From Gemmatimonadota bacterium (GTDB lineage: Bacteria > Gemmatimonadota > Gemmatimonadetes > Gemmatimonadales > Gemmatimonadaceae): a stretch of 64,000 nucleotides of DNA. The stretch's first letter is position 1; each line of letters begins with the position of its first letter. The position numbers were made by a program, and so were the translations under genes. The stretch covers positions 64,001 through 128,000 of the forward strand of contig JAZJZK010000007.1 of the NCBI GenBank assembly GCA_040389905.1, read 5' to 3'. Shown in pieces: positions 47,774 through 57,888 of the stretch. Under the pieces are notes generated by a model. It ran no database searches. It worked only from the letters and a program-made list of their open reading frames with translations, and was not told the origin of the DNA.

Positions 47774-50700
47774 ATGAAAATCCGGAACATCTTGCTACCG
47801 ATGCTGGTTGCGGGTGCTGCGCCGCGGCTGGCGGCGCAGACAGTAACCTTGCGCGCTGGGTCAACCGTCAGCCTGCAAGTGGAACCGAGGACGAGCGTGG
47901 TCATTCCGCTTGTAATCGATCCCAGTGGATCCGGTGGACTGTCCCTTGGCTCACTCGGCCTGGGCCTGAACTGGAATGCCGCGCGTCTGCGCTTCGACTC
48001 GCTGAAGGCAGGAAGTCTTGGCGCCGTCGGCCCTGATGTGTCGAACGCCGCCGCCGGTTCGGTTTCGCTGGCGCTCACTGCGTCCGCGGTGATTGTCGCC
48101 CCAACGACGCTGGCGACAGCGTATTTCACGTCGACCGCCGGCATCGGCGGTACGCGCTTGACGCTCAACACGACGTCCGCCTCAGACGCCGCCGGCAGCG
48201 ACGTTCGCGCGCAAGTGCGCGTTCGGCACCTCGACGTGTGCGTCGCGGGCGAAGCCCTCTGGGGCGATGGAAATGGCGACAAACGCGTCGATATCATCGA
48301 CGCACAGCAGGTCGCGCGCTTTTCTGTGGCGCTGAGTGTTGCGAATTTCGATGCGATCGCCGGCCAAGCCGATGTCAACATCGATGGCGCGGTGAATGTC
48401 ATTGACGCGCAACAGATCGCCCGCTTCAGCGTGGGGTTGAGTGCGTCGCCGCGCGTGAATACGAAATCGAGCAATGCGCCTTCCGTGAACACGATCGCGC
48501 TGAGCGATCTCGTTCCGGTCACGTACATTGGTTTCCCCACCGAATTGGGGGCGACGCCGAGTGACGTGCTGAGCAACGCGATCAACGGGTGCCACCCGAT
48601 CACGTGGAGTTCCAACGCACCGGAGATCGCGACCGTCGATTCCACAGGCCGCATCGTCGGGCATGCGACTGGTAGGGCGACCATCACTGCCACGAGCGAA
48701 GGGCGCTCACAGAGCGGCCTGGTCACGGTGCTGGCGCTGCCGTCCACCGGGGTCGCCCCGTTTACGCTCTCAGTCGTCGCCGGGAGTGGCCAAACCGCCT
48801 TCGTGCGCGCGACGCCTGCAATCAAGCCAGAGATTCTCGTCAGTGACGCGTTGGGCCGCCCGATGCCCAATGAAGACGTCCAGTTCACGGTTTCGTCCGG
48901 TGGCGGTTCCGTACCCGGCACCGGCGTGGTGCAGACCGCGCCGAATGGTCGGGCGACGCTCACCGGGTGGAAGCTGGGGTTGATTCCCGGCACGAACACC
49001 CTGACGGCGTCGGTTAGTGGCTCGTCATCCACGGCGACTGTCACAGCGACTGGCAAAGTGGAATTCACGATCGACTTTACGATGCCGTGGCCATTGCCGG
49101 AGGCGGGTGGTGTCCAACCCTCCTCCGACGTGACGATTCCGACCGCGTCCGCGCACGTTCCCTCATTCCCCTATCCCGTGGTCAGCACCACGGTGTCGGG
49201 GGCGGGGCGAACTGCCAGCTTGGTCTACAAGGGCCCGCAGACATTGGCGCAGCAGTGCGGCCACTGCTGGTATGGCGCGATCGACCTCAATGGCGTCGCG
49301 CCGGGGAGCTACTGGTTTGTATTCCTGGCGACCGACTCGATCGGCAATCAGGTAACGGACAGCGTGCAGTACACCATGCCGACGGCGGTTGCGACGATTA
49401 CCGCGGCGGTCGGCAATGCAGCATTGGTCATTGGTTCGACGACACAGGCGACAGCGATACTTCGCGATGGGTCGGGTTCCATCCTGCCGAACACCCTTGC
49501 CATCCCGCGGCCCGTATTCTGGACGTCCTCTGACACCACCGTCGCTAAGGTCAGCAAGTCCGGCGTCATTACAGCAGTCGGAAATGGCACAGCGTCGATT
49601 ACCGCATCGCGTGAGGGCCAGAGCGGGTCGGTCAGTGTCACGGTGGCTTCAGCGCCGGCCGCGGCCTCATTGACCATTACGGCAGGCGACGCGCAGACGG
49701 GCTACGCGCACGAGGTACTACCCAACGCAGTCAGGATCAGGCTCCTCGACGTGAGTGGCAATCCGCTCTCGAATGTGACAGTCACGTTCGCGGTCGCGAG
49801 TGGCGGAGGCACGTTGGTCGGTTCGCCAACCGTGCAGACAGACGCCAACGGCATCGCGTCGACGACAGGCTGGAAACTTGGTGACACGCCCGGCACGAAC
49901 ACGCTCACGGCGTCGGCGCCAGGTGTATCGCCGGTCACTGTTTCGGCGACCGGAATCGTGAGAATCGTGATCAACTTTGCCGTCGCGTGGCCCGTTCCGG
50001 AGCCCGGTGGCGTGCGCGCGGCGACCGATGTGACCGTGCCATCCGCCTCGGCGAGCATCTCGTGGCGGCCGTATCGGGTTGTGAGCGCCACAGTGAACGG
50101 CGCGGGACGCTCTGCTGCATTGGTCTACAAGGGGCCGAGGACGCTGGCGCAGCAGTGCTCCGATTGCTGGTACGGCAGCGTCGACTTGAACGGTGTCGCA
50201 CCCGGAGCGTACTGGTTCGTTTTCCAGGCGACTGACTCCCTCGGGAATCAAGTTGCCGACAGCGTGCAATACACCGTGCCCCCGGCCGTCGCGACGATAA
50301 CGGCGGCCGTCGGTAATCCCGCCCTCGTCATTGCCTCGACGACGCAAGCAACGGCGACGCTACGTGATGGATCGGGTTCCGTGCTGCCAAATACGAGCGC
50401 TATTCCGCGCCCCGTCGTGTGGACGTCGTCAGATACGACGATCGCGCGTGTGAGCACGATGGGATTGGTCACCGCGGTCGCGAATGGCACCGCATCGATC
50501 ACGGCGTCGCGTGAGGGTCAGAGCGGGTCCGTGGGTATCACGGTAGGGGGGGCGCCAACGCCCTCGTCGTTGGTCGTCACCGCCGGCAACACACAGACCG
50601 GCTATGCGCTCGAGGCGCTGCCGAACGCGGTGAAGGTCAAGCTCCTGGACGGGAGCGGCAACCCGCTCTCGAATGTGACGGTGACCTTCGCGGTCGCGAG

Positions 50701-51454
50701 TGGAGGCGGCACGTTCGTCGGTTCGACGAGCGCGCAGACGGACGCGAACGGCATCGCGACGACGACGGGCTGGCGCCTCGGCTCCCTGCCGGGCGCCAAC
50801 ACCCTCACTGCCTCTGTCACGGGCGTGTCGAGTGTGACGATCAGCGCGACCGCGATCGTGAAGCTGACGCTCGACTTCGCGATGGCCTGGCCGGTGCAGC
50901 AAGCAGGCGGAGTGCAGGTGTCGAACGATGTGATGATTCCCGAGATATCAGCGCATATCGTCTCGCGACCGCACGCAGTCACAAGCGCCACAGTGCGCGC
51001 CGCCGGGCGCACAGCGACGCTGACATTCCTCGGCCCACAGACGATTAGTCAGAAGTGCGCCAACTGCTGGTACGGAGGATTCAACGTGGCGGGCGTCGCA
51101 CCGGGGACGTACTGGTTCGTCTTCGAAGCCACCGACGCCATCGGGACGTATGTCGCGGACAGCGTGCAGTACACGACACCGACTGCCGTCGCGACGATCA
51201 GCGTCGGACTGGGAAGCGCCGGTTTGGTGCCGGGATCGACGACGCAGGCCACTGCGACGCTGCGAGATGCATCAGGCGCCGTGTTGCCGAAAACCTATCC
51301 GACCTTCCGGCCTGTAGTCTGGACGTCGTCCGATGTCACGGTCGCGACGGTCAATGCCCAGGGAGTGGTCACCGCGGTCGGTAATGGAACTGCAACCATC
51401 AGCGCATCACGAGAGGGTCAGACGGGAGGAACGGCTGTAACGGTTTCGCCGTAG
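47774..51454 (+). CDS. Secreted cohesin - dockerin - Big_2 protein with three ~300-aa tandem Ig-like modules
   Basis: Same cohesin/dockerin N-terminus; three repeats each containing GWKLG..PGTNTL, Q.CxxCWYG and WTSSD..VA.V. Confidence 0.88.
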   Translation: MKIRNILLPMLVAGAAPRLAAQTVTLRAGSTVSLQVEPRTSVVIPLVIDPSGSGGLSLGSLGLGLNWNAARLRFDSLKAGSLGAVGPDVSNAAAGSVSLALTASAVIVAPTTLATAYFTSTAGIGGTRLTLNTTSASDAAGSDVRAQVRVRHLDVCVAGEALWGDGNGDKRVDIIDAQQVARFSVALSVANFDAIAGQADVNIDGAVNVIDAQQIARFSVGLSASPRVNTKSSNAPSVNTIALSDLVPVTYIGFPTELGATPSDVLSNAINGCHPITWSSNAPEIATVDSTGRIVGHATGRATITATSEGRSQSGLVTVLALPSTGVAPFTLSVVAGSGQTAFVRATPAIKPEILVSDALGRPMPNEDVQFTVSSGGGSVPGTGVVQTAPNGRATLTGWKLGLIPGTNTLTASVSGSSSTATVTATGKVEFTIDFTMPWPLPEAGGVQPSSDVTIPTASAHVPSFPYPVVSTTVSGAGRTASLVYKGPQTLAQQCGHCWYGAIDLNGVAPGSYWFVFLATDSIGNQVTDSVQYTMPTAVATITAAVGNAALVIGSTTQATAILRDGSGSILPNTLAIPRPVFWTSSDTTVAKVSKSGVITAVGNGTASITASREGQSGSVSVTVASAPAAASLTITAGDAQTGYAHEVLPNAVRIRLLDVSGNPLSNVTVTFAVASGGGTLVGSPTVQTDANGIASTTGWKLGDTPGTNTLTASAPGVSPVTVSATGIVRIVINFAVAWPVPEPGGVRAATDVTVPSASASISWRPYRVVSATVNGAGRSAALVYKGPRTLAQQCSDCWYGSVDLNGVAPGAYWFVFQATDSLGNQVADSVQYTVPPAVATITAAVGNPALVIASTTQATATLRDGSGSVLPNTSAIPRPVVWTSSDTTIARVSTMGLVTAVANGTASITASREGQSGSVGITVGGAPTPSSLVVTAGNTQTGYALEALPNAVKVKLLDGSGNPLSNVTVTFAVASGGGTFVGSTSAQTDANGIATTTGWRLGSLPGANTLTASVTGVSSVTISATAIVKLTLDFAMAWPVQQAGGVQVSNDVMIPEISAHIVSRPHAVTSATVRAAGRTATLTFLGPQTISQKCANCWYGGFNVAGVAPGTYWFVFEATDAIGTYVADSVQYTTPTAVATISVGLGSAGLVPGSTTQATATLRDASGAVLPKTYPTFRPVVWTSSDVTVATVNAQGVVTAVGNGTATISASREGQTGGTAVTVSP

Positions 51455-51517
51455 GCGTCGTTCGTTATATCGCCGTCGCCGTGACGCGGAAAGGTTCGCC
51501 GACCTATCTTTCGCGTC

Positions 51518-52195
51518 ATGAGCGACGAGCACCGTTTTTCCGACGACGAGGTGGCCAGGATTCTCGAGCGCGCGGCCGCGAGGGAGACAGACATTGCCTC
51601 CCGTGCGGCTGGCACTGGACTCACCCTTGCCGAGCTTCAGGCCGTCGCCGTGCAGGTCGGCATCGCGCCAGAACGCATCGCCGTCGCGGCGCGCGAGGTG
51701 GTCGCGCCGAACCTCACCGCGAAGTCCAGCACGTTCATGGGCGCGCCGACCTCCGTCGCCCGCACCGTGTACACCGAGCGCAGGATGAGCGACGACGAAT
51801 GGCTGCAGCTCGTAGTGTTGCTGCGCGAAACGTTCGACGCACCGGGCAATGTGTCGGCCGTCGGTCCACTCCGTTCGTGGACCAACGGCAACCTGCAGAT
51901 ACACGAGGAGCCGTGGGCTGACGGGTTTCGCATCCGCATGAGCACCCGCAACGACCTGGGCGTCGCGTCGGCACTCGGTGTGATCTTCGCCACGCTCGGG
52001 TCGGTGATGCTCCTCAAGGTCATCCCGAAGGCCAATCCCGCCGGCATCGCGATCGCCGGCCTCTTCATCGCAGGTGGCATCGGACAGATCATCTCCATCC
52101 GCCTCTCCATCGGCCGATGGGGGCGCACCCGCGCCGCGCAGATGGAAGCGCTCGCGGCGCAGATCACACGCTTGCTCGACTCGAGTCGAGACTAG
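51518..52195 (+). CDS. Hypothetical membrane protein
   Basis: FSDDEVARILERAA...GLTLAEL..VA..VGI N-terminus; two C-terminal TM helices. Confidence 0.75.
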   Translation: MSDEHRFSDDEVARILERAAARETDIASRAAGTGLTLAELQAVAVQVGIAPERIAVAAREVVAPNLTAKSSTFMGAPTSVARTVYTERRMSDDEWLQLVVLLRETFDAPGNVSAVGPLRSWTNGNLQIHEEPWADGFRIRMSTRNDLGVASALGVIFATLGSVMLLKVIPKANPAGIAIAGLFIAGGIGQIISIRLSIGRWGRTRAAQMEALAAQITRLLDSSRD

Positions 52196-52202
52196 ACGTT
52201 CA

Positions 52203-53867
52203 TTACTGGCCGCCGCCTCCGCGCCGCCCGGTGGGAATCGCAGGCATTGCGTCCGGAGCGAAGCGCGGCAGCATCTGCTCACGGTTCGCGAGGTGCAACA
52301 TCACGGATGCGGTGATCACCGCGTTGTGAATCACGTCCTCGGGCACGATGCGCTCGTATGTGTCGAGATTCGTGTGCCACGTGGTGCTGTTGTATTCGAT
52401 GTTGTCCTGCTGCGTCCCGATTCCCGGGAGGCCGGCCACGTTGAACGCACCATTGTCGCTCCCGCCTTCGACGCGAGCCGTGCTTGCCGATGCACCGTAG
52501 ATACCCCATTCCTCGAACGGCGTGAAGTACTGCGCCAGGATGCTCGCCGCCGCAGGTGGTCCGAAGATCGACGCACCGCGCACGCGCCCCGTGCCGTCAT
52601 CGATGTTCCAATAGGCGTTCAGCTTGCCGAAGTCCTTGGTTGGCTGCTCGGCACTTCCGAAGTGCTCCCTGACGTACGCTACGGAGCCGAGCTCTCCTTC
52701 TTCCTCGCCGCTCCAGAGTGCGACGCGAATCGTGCGTCGCGGCTTCGCGCCGGTCGCGAGGAGAATGCGGGCCGCCTCCATCATGATGGCGCATCCGATC
52801 GCGTTGTCCGTCGCGCCCGTCGCACTCGTCCATGAATCGAGATGCCCGCCGAGCATCACGATCTCGTCGGATTTGTCCGTGCCGGGGATCTCGGCGACGG
52901 TGATGTACGACGTCCTGCCATCGGGGAAGTATTCGTTCTGGACGTTGAACTCGACCGTCACCGGCGTTCCATCGGCGATGATGCGGAAGATCCGGCCGTA
53001 ATCATCGGTGCGAAGAATCACGGCGGGCGGTTGCGGCGTGGTGTCGTTGTAGATCTGCCCGGCGCCGTTCTGCGCCACGATGACGCCCGGAATTCGACCG
53101 CCACCCTGCGCGATGAGACGCAGCGCCGGCATGTTCTCCCGCAGAAACGCCGTGATGCGCTGGTTGACCTGCTGCGCACTGAGATGCCCCTCGGCGATCG
53201 GAGCCTGCGCGCCACGTCCTCCACCGAAGCCGCCGGGGCCGCCGCCTGCGCCGCGTCCGCCGCGACCCGCCGCGTTGGGATCGGGAGGACCATAGCGTGC
53301 GCGCACCTGTTCATCCGGCGTACGCTTCGGCCGCTCATTGAAGTTCACGGGAACGTTGGGCGGCACGCCAACCATCACGATGCCGCCCTTCACTTTCGCT
53401 GCGAGGGGCGCGAGGAAGGCGCTGAGTTCCGCTTCGGTTGGCGCATCGGGCGCGACGACACTGACGACCTGCCCGCTCACCGTGCCTTTCGTCGAGGGCG
53501 ACCACGGCACCGCTTCGAACTTGAGATTGGCCTTCACCGGCGACGTGATGTAGCCGCTCGCGCGGCCGGGCAGCCATCCCACACCGCGCCAGGTGAACGG
53601 TTCGAGGTGGGCGTTCTTCATTCCCCAACTCGTCATGGTCTTGATCGCCCAGTTCGCCGCGGCCACGTGGTTCGGCGAGCCGATCGGACGCGGGCCATAG
53701 ACGTCCGTCAGGTTGTGCTCGATCCACATCAGCTTCGACCGATCGATCCCCTCAGCGCGAATCCTGGTGTTCATTGCCGTGTCGATTGCCTCTGGCTGCT
53801 GCGCGCTGCCAGCGGTGGCCAACGCCATGATCAATGAGGGAACGATAAAGGGGGAACGGAACGGCAT
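52203..53867 (-). CDS. M28-family peptidase (carboxypeptidase Q-like), secreted
   Basis: GGHLDSW, GATDN, GEEEG, NIDDG, GSD, TWHTNLD. Confidence 0.92.
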   Translation of the reverse strand: MPFRSPFIVPSLIMALATAGSAQQPEAIDTAMNTRIRAEGIDRSKLMWIEHNLTDVYGPRPIGSPNHVAAANWAIKTMTSWGMKNAHLEPFTWRGVGWLPGRASGYITSPVKANLKFEAVPWSPSTKGTVSGQVVSVVAPDAPTEAELSAFLAPLAAKVKGGIVMVGVPPNVPVNFNERPKRTPDEQVRARYGPPDPNAAGRGGRGAGGGPGGFGGGRGAQAPIAEGHLSAQQVNQRITAFLRENMPALRLIAQGGGRIPGVIVAQNGAGQIYNDTTPQPPAVILRTDDYGRIFRIIADGTPVTVEFNVQNEYFPDGRTSYITVAEIPGTDKSDEIVMLGGHLDSWTSATGATDNAIGCAIMMEAARILLATGAKPRRTIRVALWSGEEEGELGSVAYVREHFGSAEQPTKDFGKLNAYWNIDDGTGRVRGASIFGPPAAASILAQYFTPFEEWGIYGASASTARVEGGSDNGAFNVAGLPGIGTQQDNIEYNSTTWHTNLDTYERIVPEDVIHNAVITASVMLHLANREQMLPRFAPDAMPAIPTGRRGGGGQ

Positions 53868-54061
53868 GTTGAAACTCCTTTGGGACATGTGTAAGCGGAC
53901 AAGCATACTACGGTTTCCCTCCGATCCTCGCTGGATATCTCCCTTCGCCGCGGTTGGGGTCGGAGTCGTTGAAACGACTCGCGTGCAACTCGGGGCGAGC
54001 GGAGCGCGTAGGAACAGGATCATCATCTGGTCCGCTCCGCTGGTAACTCCTACATTGCCCG

Positions 54062-54805
54062 ATGCTCGAAATCCGTAATCTCCGGAAGACGTTCGGCACC
54101 CTCGTCGCAGTCGATGACGTCTCCTTCACCGTTCGCCGCGGAGAACTTGTCGGCCTCCTCGGTCCCAACGGCGCCGGCAAGACCACGACCGTCTCGATGA
54201 TCGCCGGCCTCCTTACGCCATCGCGCGGCGACGTCCTCATCGATGGGAGGCCACTCGCCGGCGACACCGATCCCGCGAAGCGGCGCATCGGACTCGTCCC
54301 GCAAGACCTCGCCCTCTACGATGAGCTCAGCGCGCGCGAGAACCTGCGCTTCTTCGGCTCGCTCTACGATTTACAGGGCACGGCACTCGACGACGCGATG
54401 CACGCCGCCCTCACCCTCGTCGGGCTCGCGGACCGCGTCGGCGATAAGGTGAAAAACTTCAGTGGCGGCATGAAGCGGCGCCTCAACCTCGCGGCGGGCC
54501 TTCTGCACGATCCTGACATCCTCCTTCTCGACGAACCTACGGTCGGCGTCGACCCGCAGAGCCGGAATGCGATCTTCGAGAATCTCGAAACCCTCCGAGG
54601 GCGCGGCAAGGCGCTGCTCTACACCACGCATTACATGGAGGAAGTCGAACGTCTTGCCGACCGCATCGTGGTCATCGACCACGGACGCGTCCTCGCCGAC
54701 GACACGCTCGCGGGCCTCAAGGCGCGCGGCACCGAGGTCGACGGCAAGCCCGCATCGCTCGAGTCGGTGTTTCTCTCCCTCACCGGTCGGAGCCTCCGCG
54801 ACTGA
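54062..54805 (+). CDS. ABC-2 type exporter ATP-binding protein
   Basis: GPNGAGKTT, FSGGMKRR, LLLDEPT, TTH. Confidence 0.95.
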   Translation: MLEIRNLRKTFGTLVAVDDVSFTVRRGELVGLLGPNGAGKTTTVSMIAGLLTPSRGDVLIDGRPLAGDTDPAKRRIGLVPQDLALYDELSARENLRFFGSLYDLQGTALDDAMHAALTLVGLADRVGDKVKNFSGGMKRRLNLAAGLLHDPDILLLDEPTVGVDPQSRNAIFENLETLRGRGKALLYTTHYMEEVERLADRIVVIDHGRVLADDTLAGLKARGTEVDGKPASLESVFLSLTGRSLRD

Positions 54806-56100
54806 TGCGATTCGGCCCCTTACGCGCCATGGTCCGCAAGGATCTCCTCCTCTTCTTCAGCGATCGCCGCTCCGTCATTGTGGCGTTCGTGGTGCCGATC
54901 GCGATTGCGTCGTTCTTCGGCTCTATTTTCTCCGGTACCAGCACGAGTGAGCCGGCGCGCATCAAGATCGCGGTCGTCGATCGCGACAGCAGCGTGATCT
55001 CACGCGGCATACTCGCGAGTGTGCAGGCCGACCGCACGCTCGCCATTACGCAGCCAACCGAGGAAGCTGCACGCGACGAGGTGAAGGGCGGCAAGACAAG
55101 CGTCGCAGTGATCATCCCGAAGGACTTCGGCAACGCGTCGGGAAAGGCATTCCTCGGCATTGGCCCGCATCCCACGCTGGAGTTGCTGTTCGATCCCTCG
55201 CGCCGCACGGAGCTCGCGATGGTCCGCGGAATTCTTTCCGGCCATGTGATCGAGGCGGTGAGCCGCGAGATGTTCGGCGGCGCACAGGGCAGGGCGCTCA
55301 TCGACGCGAGCGTCTCCGGCGCACAACAAGCGCCCGGCGGCGCCGGACAATCAGCGGCGCTCGTGCAGATGCTGCGCGCGGTCCAGGGGTACTACAACAT
55401 GCAGCCCGATTCCGGTGCCGCCGCGTCGCCTGCGCCGTCTGGGTTGGTCATGCCCTACGCTATCCGCGAGGAAGCCGTCACCTCGGGCGCGAACGTCAAG
55501 TACAACGGGTACGCACATTCCTTCGGCGGCATGGCGGTGCAGTTCCTGCTGTTCGCGATGGCGAACCTCGGCATCGACATGCTGCTCGAGCGCCAGCGTG
55601 GCCTGTGGATGCGCTTGCGCAGCGCACCCCTCGCGCGGAACACGCTGCTTGCGGGCAAGGCGCTGAGCGGGACGATCATCTCGCTCATGACGCTCTGGGT
55701 CTCGTTCGCATTCGCGATGATCGTGTTCCGCGTTCGCATCGAGGGCAGCATCCTCGGCTTCGTCGCCATCTCGATCTCCTGCGCCATCATGGCGGCCACA
55801 TTCGGTCTCCTCGTCGCCGCGCTGGGCAAGACGCCGGCAACGGCGCGCGGCGTCACCACCCTTGCGGTGCTCATGATGGTGATGCTCGGCGGCGCGTGGG
55901 TGCCCACCTTTGTGTTCCCGGCATGGCTTCAGCAGGCGACGAAAGTCGTGCCGGTTCGCTGGGCGGTGGATGGTTTCGACTCGATGACCTGGCGTGGCCT
56001 CGGCCTTCGCGATGCACTTCCTCCCACCGCGGTGCTGCTCGGTTTCGCGCTGGTCTTTGGACTGATCGCCGCGAACCGATTTCGGTGGGAAGAGTCCTGA
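54805..56100 (+). CDS. ABC-2 type exporter permease
   Basis: One TM, large loop, five TM; ER..G...RL...P; TGATG coupling. Confidence 0.92.
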   Translation: MRFGPLRAMVRKDLLLFFSDRRSVIVAFVVPIAIASFFGSIFSGTSTSEPARIKIAVVDRDSSVISRGILASVQADRTLAITQPTEEAARDEVKGGKTSVAVIIPKDFGNASGKAFLGIGPHPTLELLFDPSRRTELAMVRGILSGHVIEAVSREMFGGAQGRALIDASVSGAQQAPGGAGQSAALVQMLRAVQGYYNMQPDSGAAASPAPSGLVMPYAIREEAVTSGANVKYNGYAHSFGGMAVQFLLFAMANLGIDMLLERQRGLWMRLRSAPLARNTLLAGKALSGTIISLMTLWVSFAFAMIVFRVRIEGSILGFVAISISCAIMAATFGLLVAALGKTPATARGVTTLAVLMMVMLGGAWVPTFVFPAWLQQATKVVPVRWAVDGFDSMTWRGLGLRDALPPTAVLLGFALVFGLIAANRFRWEES

Positions 56101-56105
56101 CGAAC

Positions 56106-56579
56106 ATGACGCGAATCAGAGCATCGACGATGACGCTCGTCGTTTCGGCATGCGTCCTTGCGACGAACAGTGCCGCCGCGCAGGCAACCGACAGCGCCGT
56201 CGTACTCGGCGTCGTCCAGAAGCTCTTTGACGGCATGCGAACGAAGGACACTGCGTTATTGCGAGCGGTCCTCATACCGGGCACGCAGTTTGTGTCCATG
56301 CGCGGGGGCAGGTCTATTCGTCGCCAGTCCGACTCGAGCTTCCTCGCATCGATCGGCAGCGGCAAGGAAGTGCTCGAGGAGCGGATGTGGAAACCCACCA
56401 TGTTCATTTCGCGTGACCTCGCGCACGTCACGGCGCCGTACGACTTTTACATCGACGGACGCTTTTCGCACTGCGGCGACGACTCGTTCACGCTGCTGCG
56501 CACCGAGACGGGTTGGAAGGTCGTCGGGCTGACGTACACGGTCGTCACGGCGGAATGCCCGCCGGCGCCCCCGCGATAG
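56106..56579 (+). CDS. Secreted NTF2/SnoaL-like protein
   Basis: LFDGMRTKDT...APYDFYIDGRFSHCG.D.F.L.....GWKV. Confidence 0.85.
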   Translation: MTRIRASTMTLVVSACVLATNSAAAQATDSAVVLGVVQKLFDGMRTKDTALLRAVLIPGTQFVSMRGGRSIRRQSDSSFLASIGSGKEVLEERMWKPTMFISRDLAHVTAPYDFYIDGRFSHCGDDSFTLLRTETGWKVVGLTYTVVTAECPPAPPR

Positions 56580-56701
56580 CATCGCGCCGCCCCACCAACG
56601 GTTCTCGCCGTTGGCGTGCATTCATAGTGGAACCAGCGGGGAACCTGCGTCACGCGTGTCATAGACGCACGATGTTCCTCGTCACCAGCACTCCACGAAC
56701 C

Positions 56702-57817
56702 ATGAATCGACACATTCGCGCGGCGTCGGTCGGTGCCGCATTGCTGTCTCTCGCCTGCGCGCGAGGGTCGCAGAACGCCGAGCCGAGCGCCGCGGCCCTC
56801 GCGGCGATCAACGCGACGCCGCGCGTCGTGCGCAGCGAGAGCACGTGGGTCACGCGAGGCGCCGGCTACGAACTGGTCGGGCACTCGAAGTCCGACCTGG
56901 CCATGCTCCAGCCGCAACTCGAGCAGCAGGCCGCCGTTTTCAAGAAGATCTTTCCGCTCGACACGCTCCCGCGAGTCATCGTGACGGCGCGGCGCTTCCT
57001 GCCCGAGGGCCGAGGCTTCGCACCGGCGGTTGCGTTGCCGGCGGATCTTCCCGGGCGAGTCGTCGAGATCATGATCGGCGACCCTCCCGTGGAAGCCGAA
57101 CAGGGCCGCGGGCGCGGCGGAAGAATGGGCGGCGGGCCTGGCGGGCCTGGAGCCTTTGCACCGCGCGAACGCTTGATCCCTGTCGTCGACGCGTGGCTGG
57201 CCGCACACGCGTCTGCGTTGACGCACAAGGCGGACGCTGCATCCATGAGTTCAGCTGTTGACTCGCGCGTCCCGGGTTGGGCCGCGGAAGCCATCGCCAC
57301 GCTCGTGACGGATAGCCTTGTGGGACGGATGGCGCGTGTAGTGATCGCACATCCCGATGCCATCATCGAGCTGCCGCGCTTTCTGACGATGGACCGGCCC
57401 GCGTCGCTGGGGATGGGTGAGGGAATGGGCGGGCGGGGCGATGGACCTCCTCCGGGCATGTCCGGCGGAATGGGTGGCGGTGGAGGGCGTGGCGGTGGTG
57501 GGATGAGCGGGCGTGGTGGTGGTGGCGGTCGCGGAGGCGGCGGTGGTGGACGCGGTGGCGGTGGCGGTGGCGGCGGGCGCGAGGGTGGCGCCGCGCCAGC
57601 CCTTCAGGGCGGAGCGCTCTTCAATGCACAAGCGATGCTGTTCGCCAGGTATCTGTCCGTTCGCGAAGGCGATGACCTGATTGCTGCCATCATCGACGCA
57701 CAGATCCAGTCGCAACCACTGAGCGATGTACTCGGCAAACGCCATCTGCTCACGCTCGCGAAAGTGGATGCTGATTGGCGCGGATGGATGGTCGATCGCG
57801 CCGAGCGCGGTCGATAG
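56702..57817 (+). CDS. Hypothetical lipoprotein with Gly/RGG-rich insertions
   Basis: Lipobox LSLAC; long GGGGGRGG tract. Confidence 0.7.
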   Translation: MNRHIRAASVGAALLSLACARGSQNAEPSAAALAAINATPRVVRSESTWVTRGAGYELVGHSKSDLAMLQPQLEQQAAVFKKIFPLDTLPRVIVTARRFLPEGRGFAPAVALPADLPGRVVEIMIGDPPVEAEQGRGRGGRMGGGPGGPGAFAPRERLIPVVDAWLAAHASALTHKADAASMSSAVDSRVPGWAAEAIATLVTDSLVGRMARVVIAHPDAIIELPRFLTMDRPASLGMGEGMGGRGDGPPPGMSGGMGGGGGRGGGGMSGRGGGGGRGGGGGGRGGGGGGGGREGGAAPALQGGALFNAQAMLFARYLSVREGDDLIAAIIDAQIQSQPLSDVLGKRHLLTLAKVDADWRGWMVDRAERGR

Positions 57818-57888
57818 CGGGCGCCTCGGCGCTCACGACGTCTTGTGTATCAGTTCAAGCTTCTGGTTCTCACTACTTCAGTGACATC

